Shown here: positions 1 through 7,919 of the stretch, piece by piece
How positions within the stretch are numbered: the stretch's first letter is position 1
Layout of the letters: every line of letters starts with the position of its first letter
Assembly: GCF_004366815.1 (NCBI RefSeq)
Contig: NZ_SORI01000015.1
Coordinates: forward strand, 1,148-65,147
Length of the DNA stretch: 64,000 nt
Reading direction: 5' to 3'
From: Aminivibrio pyruvatiphilus
Lineage (GTDB): Bacteria > Synergistota > Synergistia > Synergistales > Aminobacteriaceae
Notes under the pieces: generated by a model
What the model was told of the DNA's origin: nothing
Database searches by the model: none
Seen by the model: only the letters and a program-made list of their open reading frames with translations
Made by a program: the position numbers and the translations under genes

Positions 1-64
1 CTTTCCCTGAATCAATGAATTTCATTGCAATTAATATCTTATATGATATGATACGCCTAAGTGA

Positions 65-441
65 GTGAAAGGGGTTTTCTCAATGCAATGGAGAGTACTC
101 TTCTACGTAAATGAGAACGGTAAAAGACCGGTAGAAGAATTTTTGAGAAAACTTCCTCCCGGACACCAGGGAAAAGCCATGCGGGCAATTGACCTTCTTG
201 AGCAGTTCGGGATCTTTTTCAACGCCCGCATGCTGCAGCAATCCGAAGCGGTAAATTTGCAGGGTTGTGGGAGCTGAGAATACAGTTCGGCGGAGATGCT
301 TCCCGGATTTTTTTATTTTCTTCACCATGACGATTGCTTTATTCTGCTTCACGGCTTCATTAAAAAGACGGATGCTCTGCCCGTGAAAGAAATGGAAACA
401 GCCAGGAAGCGTAAGGAAGATTTTTTCAGGAGGTTTAGAAA
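65..441 (+). pseudogene. HigB-like (Gp49/RelE-ParE superfamily) toxin remnant, disrupted by two frameshifts at homopolymer runs
   Basis: Frame 1 (65-277) gives MQWRVLFYVNENGKRPVEEFL...AIDLLEQFG. From ~258 a second frame gives GLWELRIQFGGDASRIF. After the T7 run at ~316 a third frame gives FYFLHHDDCFILLHGFIKKTDALPVKEMETARKRKEDFFRRFRK*. Joined, these read as a full-length Gp49/HigB-like toxin. The TGA overlaps the ATG of the downstream antitoxin (ATGA). Confidence 0.6.
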
Positions 442-726
442 ATGAGCGGAGAATTGAGATCCTGGGAAGATGTAAAAAAAGACCTTCTAAAGAATCCGGA
501 AACGGCGTCCGCCTACAATGATCTTGAGGGGGAATATAAACTCATCAGCGCCATCATCCAGTCCAGGCTGGAAAAGAAACTGTCTCAGGCTGACCTCGCT
601 GCCAGAATGGGAACAAGCCAAAGCAATATCAGCAGGCTGGAATCCGGACGCTACAACCCTTCGCTGCAATTCCTGAGGCGTGTTGCCCGTGCGCTGGAAA
701 AAGACCTTGAAGTGACATTGAAATAG
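442..726 (+). CDS. HigA-like antitoxin, XRE-family helix-turn-helix DNA-binding protein
   Basis: 94 aa. HTH motif LSQADLAARMGTSQSNISRLESGRYNPSLQFLRRVARAL. Start codon overlaps the toxin stop by 4 nt. Confidence 0.7.
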   Translation: MSGELRSWEDVKKDLLKNPETASAYNDLEGEYKLISAIIQSRLEKKLSQADLAARMGTSQSNISRLESGRYNPSLQFLRRVARALEKDLEVTLK

Positions 727-779
727 AAAAAAATGGTCTGGTTTGAATATTCTTTTGGATTGAAAGGTTGTTTTCCTCC

Positions 780-1110
780 TGAGGTGAGTTAACTCCCCGC
801 TTCGCTCGCTCGGGACGACAAGCAATTTCCATTCGTTCGGGACGGAGGGTGTCATCCTGAGCGGAGCGAAGGATCTCGTTTTCGGTCCGCCATTCCGAAC
901 AACTGTAGAGTCAGAACCGAGATCCTTCCGGCGGAAAAGCACGCCGTCAGGATGACAAACAAGGGCAATCCCGTTCGTTCGGGACGGAGGGTGTCATCCT
1001 GAGCGCAGCGAAGGATCTCGCTTTCGGTCTGCCATTCCGAACAACTGTAGAGTCAAAACCGAGATCCTTCGGGCGAAAAAACAGCCCTCAGGATGACAAA
1101 ATTCCGGGGC
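780..1110. repeat. Intergenic nested-palindromic repeat array (two ~125-bp units), family shared with 7 other loci in the window
   Basis: Units carry TGTCATCCTGAGCG...CGCTCAGGATGACAA outer inverted repeats and GAAGGATCTCG...CGAGATCCTTC inner inverted repeats. 850-965 and 982-1100 are near-identical. Confidence 0.85.
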
Positions 1111-1179
1111 ATTGGCCACAGGACAACAGACAAAGACATCTCCGGGGAGGGGGAATCTCGCCCTTTGGCCCTAAGAAGG

Positions 1180-2583
1180 TTAGATCTCTCCAAGCAGTTT
1201 TTCCAGATTTACCAGCATAGTGTTTTCCGTTCTTTCAGCCTCTTTTCGCAGTCCCTCGGTAAAACCTGCCCTGCTGAAGAGGCAGTATTCCCGTTTTTTG
1301 TCCCTCAGCAGCAGCGTGGAGCGCTTCTGCAGTTTTTCCATTTCCCGCAGACCGGTCTTCTCGCCTTTCCATTTACACTCCCCGAAAAGGGCCCACTCAA
1401 TGTCGGATCCCACGATGTCGATTTCCTCCTGCTGCCTGGTTTCCGGGTCGCTGCCCCACCAGCGGGCAAATTCCCGGTAGACTGTACGCAGACTTTTCTG
1501 CCTGTTCAGACGGACAAGGTACTGGCGGCAGATATCCTCGAACACTGGGCCGAAGTAGTCGCTGAAATGAGGAGCGATCATCTTTTCGAAAGCCTCGTCC
1601 GGCATCCCCATCCCGATGAGGGACATGGCGCCGGGGATGAACCGGTACCAGAAGCGGAAGAGCTGGTCTTTCACCCGGTAGACCACTTTTCTGCTGTTGT
1701 TGTCCCCGAAGGGGTAGTCTTTCTGTATAATCTCCAGGTCGATGAGAGCCTTGAGGTAGTTCGCCACGCTTTTTGACGGCATGCCGACCTTTGTGGATAT
1801 TTCGGCCTGGCGGCTTGCTCCCCCTGCGATGGCCCGAAGGATGGAATTGTAGACCGCGGGCTCCCGCATTTCCTGTTTCATGAGATTGGCCGGCTCCTCG
1901 AACAGAACGCCGGTCCCTGTCAGAAACTCCTCTTCGACGGCCTGTCTGAAGCTGCCGTGACGCCCTGCAGCAAGGACATACTGGGGTATTCCTCCGGTGA
2001 TTCCGTATCCGTAGAGCTGTTCGTGTCCTTTCCAGCCCGGGAAAAACTTCATGCTGTCAAAGCAGCCGAGGGGCTGGATTTTGAACTGGGCGGTCCGCCT
2101 GCCGTAGAGGGGGCTTTTGTAGTCCAGAACCTGGTGTTCCATGAAGCTCATGGAGGATCCGCACAGGATGAGAAAAAGCTGTGTTCCGGAGAAATAATGA
2201 TCTATGGCTTTCTGGAGAATGGAGGGCAGAGACGGATTTGCCGAGGCGATGTAGGGGAACTCGTCGATGACAAGGACAATCCGCTCTTCCCGGGCGAAGT
2301 CGGCCACGTATCTGAAGGCCGAGTCCCAGGAATCGAAGGAGGAAATGAACGACGACTGCTTCCCGGGAAGGCTCCGGAGCACTTCGTCCGAGAACATGCG
2401 GAGGGCTTCGGAATCGTTCTGCTCGATTGACGCGTAGAAGACCGTTCGTTTCCCCGTGCAGAATTCACGGATCAGGCGGGTTTTTCCCACCCGCCTGCGG
2501 CCGTAGATCACGGGCATCTGGAAGCCTTTTTCACCATAGAGCCGGTTCAGCTTCTCCATTTCGAATTCTCTGCCGATGAACAT
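1180..2583 (-). CDS. ATP-binding protein, archaeal-ATPase (PF01637)/DUF234 family
   Basis: 467 aa. N-terminal FIGREFEMEKLNRLYGEKGFQMPVIYGRRRVGKTRL carries a Walker A motif. Domain organisation is typical of the DUF234 ATPase family. Confidence 0.75.
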   Translation of the reverse strand: MFIGREFEMEKLNRLYGEKGFQMPVIYGRRRVGKTRLIREFCTGKRTVFYASIEQNDSEALRMFSDEVLRSLPGKQSSFISSFDSWDSAFRYVADFAREERIVLVIDEFPYIASANPSLPSILQKAIDHYFSGTQLFLILCGSSMSFMEHQVLDYKSPLYGRRTAQFKIQPLGCFDSMKFFPGWKGHEQLYGYGITGGIPQYVLAAGRHGSFRQAVEEEFLTGTGVLFEEPANLMKQEMREPAVYNSILRAIAGGASRQAEISTKVGMPSKSVANYLKALIDLEIIQKDYPFGDNNSRKVVYRVKDQLFRFWYRFIPGAMSLIGMGMPDEAFEKMIAPHFSDYFGPVFEDICRQYLVRLNRQKSLRTVYREFARWWGSDPETRQQEEIDIVGSDIEWALFGECKWKGEKTGLREMEKLQKRSTLLLRDKKREYCLFSRAGFTEGLRKEAERTENTMLVNLEKLLGEI

Positions 2584-2609
2584 GGGAACCCCTTCTTCAG
2601 TCTCATTTT

Positions 2610-2641
2610 ACGTTTAGTCTAAATGCGATTAGACTAAACGT
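2610..2641. promoter_or_regulatory. 32-bp perfect palindrome (13-bp arms, 6-bp spacer) in the promoter region of the DUF234 ATPase gene
   Basis: ACGTTTAGTCTAA-atgcga-TTAGACTAAACGT, centred ~45 nt upstream of the ATG at 2583. It sits in an AT-rich patch with TATATAT-like -10 candidates. Confidence 0.5.
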
Positions 2642-2659
2642 AATTAGATATATATGATG

Positions 2660-3480
2660 GTATATTCAAATGGCGGTGGTGTCAAGGGTGTTGCCATCCT
2701 GAGCGAATGCGATGGATCTCGGACTTGAGGCACACCAGAGTCAAAATCGAGGTCCTTCCCCTCCGGGGATGCTCCCTCCGCTTCGCTTGGGTGCTGCGCG
2801 ATCGCGATCGCGGTGCTCAGGACGACAAAAAACAAGGTCTCAGGACGACAGAGGGTTGTCATCCTGAGACCGGGGGTATGGCCGAAGGATCTGGGGTGAG
2901 TTTCTGGACCTCGATTCTTTTGAGTCTGAATGCCGAAGTTTTGAAACATCCGGTCTGGACGCACTTCAAAAGCCAACCCGGATCCTTCGCTGCCGCTCAG
3001 GATGACAGAAAAAGGTACTCCTTGCTGTGGGATGCTCCCTCCGCTTCGCTTGGGTGCTGCGCGATCGCGATCCGGCGAAAAGCACACCGTCAGGACGACA
3101 GGCAAGGGCACTAAACCGAGATTCTTCGTCGCTGCACTCCTCAGAATGACAAAATTACGGCCCCGGCCACGGGCTCGGGGGCATACTGAGCGAAAGCCGT
3201 TGCGCAGTATCCCCGGAGGGGAAAGACCTTGGATTTGTCGTCCTGAACGGAGTGAAGGACCTGAATTCAGGTCCTCAGAATCAAAACCGAGATCCTTCCG
3301 GCGAAAAGCACGCCGTCAGGATGACAAACAAGGGGCAAACCCGTTCGCTCGGGACGACAAATAACTGCCGCTCGTTTGGGGCGACCGACAACTGCATTCG
3401 AGCGGGACGGAGGGTGTCATCCCGAGCGATCGCGATCGCGGAGCATCCCCGGAGGGGAGGGATCTCGCTCCTGGTATCTC
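2660..3480. repeat. Intergenic repeat array, same family
   Basis: Multiple copies of the GTCATCCTGAGC / GCTCAGGATGACA and CGAGATCCTTC / GAAGGATCTCG modules, plus the CCCTCCGGGGATGCTCC and GCGATCGC motifs. Confidence 0.8.
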
Positions 3481-3551
3481 CCCGTTTTCATTTTTCTGCG
3501 GCGCTATGCTATCCTTTTTTAGATGCGAAAAAGGCCGGAGGAGCTGAAGTC

Positions 3552-3866
3552 ATGGAGCGTTCCTATTACGTCTATCTTCTTGCAAATGCAAACAACCGGG
3601 TGCTCTACACCGGAGTCACGAACAACCTGAAGCGGCGGCTTTTTGAGCATAAGCGCGGTCTTGTCGAAGGGTTTACGAAGAAGTATCGTGTTCATAAACT
3701 GGTGTATTTCGAGGAAACCAATGATGTTAATACTGCGATAGCAAGGGAAAAGGAAATAAAGGGATGGATCAGGGCGAAGAAAAACGCCCTTGTCGAGAAA
3801 GAGAATTCAGGTTGGAGTGATCTGAGCAAGGGATGGGAGGTCGATTCTTCCCTTCCGGAAAAGTGA
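3552..3866 (+). CDS. GIY-YIG nuclease family protein (small URI-domain protein, COG2827-like)
   Basis: 104 aa. YYVYLLANANNRVLYTGVTNNLKRRLFEHKRG...IAREKEIKGW is a canonical GIY...YIG motif. Flanked on both sides by repeat arrays. Confidence 0.8.
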   Translation: MERSYYVYLLANANNRVLYTGVTNNLKRRLFEHKRGLVEGFTKKYRVHKLVYFEETNDVNTAIAREKEIKGWIRAKKNALVEKENSGWSDLSKGWEVDSSLPEK

Positions 3867-3899
3867 TCGTACAAAAAAGACAGTTTGTAGGAAGTGTTT

Positions 3900-4560
3900 G
3901 GAGTGTTATGTCATCCTGAGGCCTGCTGGAATGCTGTCATCCTGAGCGCAGCGTGACCTTGAAATCCACAAAAAACAACCCTGAGATCCTTCCCCTCCGG
4001 GGACGCGATCGGGCGGTGAAACAGCCCTCAGGATGACAGAACCCATACTTCCCGCTTCGCTCCGGATGCTCAGCGACCGCGATCGCTGCGCTCAGGATGA
4101 CAAACAAGGGCAATAGCGGCCCTTTCTTGACTCTGGTGTGTCATTCTGAGGGCGAAGCCCGATCGCGGAGCATCCCCGGAGGGGAAGAATCTGCACTTGA
4201 AGTGGCTCAGAATCAAAGGCAGGTCCCTCGCCCCCTCCGGGGACGAGATCGGGTGGTGAAACAGCCCTCAGGAAGACAGAACCCATACTTCCCGCTTCGC
4301 TCTGGGTGCTACGCGACCGCGGTCGCTGCGCTCAGGATGACAAACAAGGGCAATAGCGGCCCTTTCTTGACTCTGGTGTGTCATTCTGAGGGCGAAGCCC
4401 GATCGCGGAGCATCCCCGGAGGGGAAGAATCTGCACTTGAGGCAGCCCAGAATCAAAGGCAGGTCCCTTCTACACGGAGGGGAAGGGGTTCTTCATAAAG
4501 GGTTAGAGTCAAAACCGAGATCCTTCCGGCGAGAAGCCACGCCGTCAGGATGACAGCCGA
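3900..4560. repeat. Intergenic repeat array including a ~240-bp direct duplication (approx. 4010-4250 vs 4250-4490)
   Basis: Near-identical blocks ACAGCCCTCAGGA(T/A)GACAGAACCCATACTTCCCGCTTCGCTC...GGCAATAGCGGCCCTTTCTTGACTCTGGTGTGTCATTCTGAGGGCGAAGCCCGATCGCGGAGCATCCCCGGAGGGGAAGAATCTGCACTTGA occur twice. Confidence 0.8.
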
Positions 4561-4679
4561 GGGCAAAGCCCTTCGCTCGCCCGTGACGACATAAACGATT
4601 GCCCCGGCCCGCCCCCTATGCATTCGCCGCCCGAGCCGTCATAATAGGATGCATCAGATGGAAGCAGGGAGTGCGCTGA

Positions 4680-5825
4680 ATGGACGAGAAAGGCATCATT
4701 GTGTGTGCCGAGGAGATAGACGAGGGGCTGGAGCTTCAGCTCTGGAGCAGGGGGAAGACTCCCCGCCTGGTGATTGTCAACCGGGCGAAAAACACGAAGA
4801 AGATGAGCCCCCTGAGCTGGCTGGAGGGGGAAGAGAGAAAGCTGTCCCTCAAAGGGGCGGGAGGCAAGCCGGTCCATTATCCCATGGAGGTACTGGAGGA
4901 GCCGGTACGGAGGATGCTCTACCGGTTCGCCCAGGACCCTGTGTTCAAGGGGCTGCTGTGGCATTCCGTCCTCTTTCTGTCTGACCTGTTCCACGCTCCC
5001 AGGTCGGTGTTCGACAAAGGCGAGATGGCCCTCCTTCCCGAAGGGAAGCGGCGGTGCCTGTGGCTGGCTGATTTTACCGATGGCGGCGGGAAGGGCTTCT
5101 TCCGCCCCTTCTTTCCCCTGTCGGAGGCGGAAATGGCGGTCTTCGGAGGGGAGCCCTCCATCCCGATTCCGGGAGGAAAGTCAGTGGCCGACCTGAAGAA
5201 GACGGGGATCACGAGAAAGCTCGCCTCCGTCTGCCCCGAACGGTGGTATGAAACACCCCGGACTGCAGCGGCCGCGGTTCTGCTCGGCTTTTCCCTGGAC
5301 TGCGAGGAGAGCGGCGACTTTTCATCCTTTCTCTGGAAGGCCGCCGATGGCGGAGTGGTGTCCAAAGAAGCTCTTGCGGCAGCTCCCGCGGACCCTTCCA
5401 TCTCGAGGTTCGCCGCGAAGATGACGGGGTATGTGCGTCACTGGGCGGCCCTGGACAGTATTTCCGTGGAAACGGTTCTCGACTCCTATGACGCGATGAA
5501 GGAGAGGGGGTTTGCCCGGAAACGGCGGATGCAGTTCCCAGTGGGGGCCCTCGGAAACGTCGAGTATACGGTCACCCTCTATTCTGACGGGAAGGGAGCC
5601 ATGGCCGTGGGGTGCGTTCCCGGCCAGGCGACGGACCGGCACAGGGGGGAAAGGGTGTTCACTCTGCCGGAGGAGGTTTACGGGCAGGCACTGCGGGACG
5701 ATTCCTTCGGGGGAGCGGAGGACGACTTTTTCACCCTGTCCGCGCTGCTCCAGGCGAAGCTGTACGAGGGATGGCACCGCAGGATCAGGCGGTTTACGGA
5801 CGTTTTTCTTTCGCCGGGAGGGTAG
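4680..5825 (+). CDS. Hypothetical protein with no recognisable domain; forms an operon with the downstream DUF72 gene
   Basis: 381-aa ORF with GC3-rich codon usage. Its stop at 5823-5825 lies 2 nt before the next ATG. Confidence 0.45.
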   Translation: MDEKGIIVCAEEIDEGLELQLWSRGKTPRLVIVNRAKNTKKMSPLSWLEGEERKLSLKGAGGKPVHYPMEVLEEPVRRMLYRFAQDPVFKGLLWHSVLFLSDLFHAPRSVFDKGEMALLPEGKRRCLWLADFTDGGGKGFFRPFFPLSEAEMAVFGGEPSIPIPGGKSVADLKKTGITRKLASVCPERWYETPRTAAAAVLLGFSLDCEESGDFSSFLWKAADGGVVSKEALAAAPADPSISRFAAKMTGYVRHWAALDSISVETVLDSYDAMKERGFARKRRMQFPVGALGNVEYTVTLYSDGKGAMAVGCVPGQATDRHRGERVFTLPEEVYGQALRDDSFGGAEDDFFTLSALLQAKLYEGWHRRIRRFTDVFLSPGG

Positions 5826-5827
5826 CC

Positions 5828-6772
5828 ATGCCAGGGGGAGGAAGGATCCGGATCGGAACCTGTTCATGGGCGGACCGGGGGCTCGTCGCCAGCGGATGGT
5901 ATCCTCCTTCCGCCCGGACGGCCGCCGCGAGGCTGGCGTTTTACGGGGCCGCTTTCGATACCGTGGAGGTGGACAGCACCTTCTACGCCATCCCCGAGCA
6001 GGCATCGGCCTTCCAGTGGGCCGCCAGGACTCCTCCGGGCTTTTTGTTCAACGTGAAGGCCTGGGGGCTGTTCACCTGGCACTCGGTGAAGTACGAGACC
6101 CTTCCTGAATGGGTGCGCCATGAAATTCCCCGGCCGGAGTCTGGGCGCCTCGATTTTCAGGGCCTGCCCCGGGAGCTCCGGCCCGTTCTCTGGAAACGGT
6201 TCACTTCCGCCCTGGAGCCTCTCCGGACCATGGACCGCATGGGGTACCTCCTGTTCCAGCTTCCCCCGAAGGCTTCCTTTTCACCGGTGATGATGCGCTA
6301 TCTCGAGCGGGTGGCGGAGGTCACTCCTCCTTTCCGCACGGCGGTGGAGGTGCGGAACAGGTCGTGGATGGAGAAGGGGAACCGGGAATCCTTCCTGTCG
6401 CTGCTTAAGGGGGCGAACATGGCCTACGTGGCCGTGGACGAGCCGGAGCTCGACTGGACCGTGGGAAGGGATTTTCCGGTGACGGCCACCTGGGGGGCCG
6501 TGGCGCGGTTTCACGGGCGGAACAGGGAGGGCTGGACAAAAAAAGGAGCCACGGTGGCGGAGAAATTCCGCTACAATTACTCAGACGGGGAACTTCTCTC
6601 CTGGGAGGGGGCTGTCAGAGACGCCGCGGAGCGGGCCGGCAAGGTCTTCCTCATGTTCAACAACTGCTACCGGGATTATGCGGTGAAAAACGCCCTCAGG
6701 ATGAAATGCCTCCTCGGCGTGGCCTGTTCTCCGGGAGAGGGCGTCCAGGGGGAACTTTCCTTTGGAGAATAA
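5828..6772 (+). CDS. DUF72 (YecE/UPF0759) family protein
   Basis: IRIGTCSWADRGLVASGWYP...FDTVEVDSTFYAIP...FLFNVKAW...AVEVRNRSWME match the conserved DUF72 blocks. Confidence 0.8.
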   Translation: MPGGGRIRIGTCSWADRGLVASGWYPPSARTAAARLAFYGAAFDTVEVDSTFYAIPEQASAFQWAARTPPGFLFNVKAWGLFTWHSVKYETLPEWVRHEIPRPESGRLDFQGLPRELRPVLWKRFTSALEPLRTMDRMGYLLFQLPPKASFSPVMMRYLERVAEVTPPFRTAVEVRNRSWMEKGNRESFLSLLKGANMAYVAVDEPELDWTVGRDFPVTATWGAVARFHGRNREGWTKKGATVAEKFRYNYSDGELLSWEGAVRDAAERAGKVFLMFNNCYRDYAVKNALRMKCLLGVACSPGEGVQGELSFGE

Positions 6773-7108
6773 AGCTGAAAACATTAGAAAATAAGAGCCT
6801 GCAGTCTGGAATCGCCAATATTTCCGCTCCATAGGGCGTAGTCAGTGTTGATGAAAAGCACCCCCAAGGGTAGAATACTCTAAACGGGTTATCCGGACGG
6901 AGAGAACAGAAACGAGAAGCAAGTCAGGAAAAACCGATAGAAGCAGAAACAAGTCCAAGACAGCCTGTACCATGTTCCACCAGCACCGGAAGCTACACTG
7001 AAAAGAACCGGAACAAAAGAAGCATGTAAGGGTATATGCAACAATATCAAGGAGCTGGTTGTTTGACCAAGTGTCAGCACCACCGCGCCGGATAGCCCGT
7101 AAACAATC

Positions 7109-7146
7109 GGAGGGGGGATTTTTCCCCCTCCTTTTTTTATTTTTTC
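7109..7146 (+). terminator. Rho-independent terminator ending a ~330-nt low-GC non-coding stretch
   Basis: GGAGGGGG-gattttt-CCCCCTCC perfect 8-bp stem followed by TTTTTTTATTTTTT. Confidence 0.6.
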
Positions 7147-7214
7147 ATCCATTCCGACAAAAAAGTGCTACTATTACTGTGGAACACAATATCCGTCAAG
7201 GGGAGGGAATGTGC

Positions 7215-7841
7215 ATGCGTTTTTGGGTTCTTTTCTGCCTGGTCTTTTCAATGCTTTTTACCGGGGTGTCCGGGCTAACTCCTGCACTCGGGGCTGACGA
7301 GGCCCTGCTTCGGGGAGTCGTGTACGACGAAGGGCAGAAGGGACTGCCCGGCGTCGCAGTTTCCGTGTGGGACGGCAAACTGTCCTACAAGGCCGTCACT
7401 GATTTCGACGGGAATTTCACCATCCGGGGGCTCATTCCCGGAAAGCCCTTCGCCATCCGGTGGACCCCCCGGGGCGGCAATTCCGTGAAAGTTGACGCCC
7501 TGACCTTTCCCGCCGAAGGAGACCTCCATCTGTCCATGGATTACGGTTCCGTGGGCAGGGGGAACGTCTACACGGTGCGCCTCCCGTCCAACCCCTCCAC
7601 GGGATACGGCTGGACGGCCCTTCACCAGGGGGTTGCCGTGGTGCGTCTGAAGGAAAATACCTTCCACGGGGAAGGGGATTCTTTCCCCGAGAGGGCAAAG
7701 ACCGGACGGCCAGGCACGGAGCTGTGGAAGTACGAGGGAATCGCGAAGGGAAATACGGCCCTCATTTTCGGCTACCAGCGCCCGTGGGAGAAGGGGACCA
7801 CTCCCGTGCGGTACCATGTTCTTTCCATGACGGTAAGATAG
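7215..7841 (+). CDS. Secreted chagasin-like cysteine-peptidase inhibitor (family I42) with an N-terminal CarboxypepD_reg-like domain
   Basis: Signal peptide MRFWVLFCLVFSMLFTGVSG. Chagasin signature NPSTGYGW (compare NPTTGY) inside YTVRLPSNPSTGYGWTALH...ELWKYEGIAKGNTALIFGYQRPWE. RBS GGGAGGGA upstream. Confidence 0.65.
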   Translation: MRFWVLFCLVFSMLFTGVSGLTPALGADEALLRGVVYDEGQKGLPGVAVSVWDGKLSYKAVTDFDGNFTIRGLIPGKPFAIRWTPRGGNSVKVDALTFPAEGDLHLSMDYGSVGRGNVYTVRLPSNPSTGYGWTALHQGVAVVRLKENTFHGEGDSFPERAKTGRPGTELWKYEGIAKGNTALIFGYQRPWEKGTTPVRYHVLSMTVR

Positions 7842-7862
7842 TTTGCTAAGAAAGGCATACCG

Positions 7863-7895
7863 GGCAGCCCTCCTTCCGAAGGCTGCCTTTTTTTA
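7863..7895 (+). terminator. Stem-loop plus T-tract after the inhibitor gene
   Basis: GGCAGCC-ctccttccgaa-GGCTGCC followed by TTTTTTTT. Confidence 0.5.
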
Positions 7896-7919
7896 TCCTG
7901 TGAAACCGGGAGGAAACCG

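Noticed and set aside
4097-4498. ORFs lying inside repeat arrays (e.g. 4097-4498, 9449-9889, 9630-9936, 11785-12330, 13784-14092, 2707-3114)
   Set aside because: They translate repeated palindromic DNA (recurring peptides such as CHPERSEGSRF / VLSNAKDL), lack RBS and appear in multiple frames. They are artefacts of the repeat family.
4680-5825. Transposase or integrase as the mobilising gene for the repeats
   Set aside because: No DDE, serine or tyrosine recombinase motifs are recognisable in any ORF of the window, including this unknown 381-aa protein.
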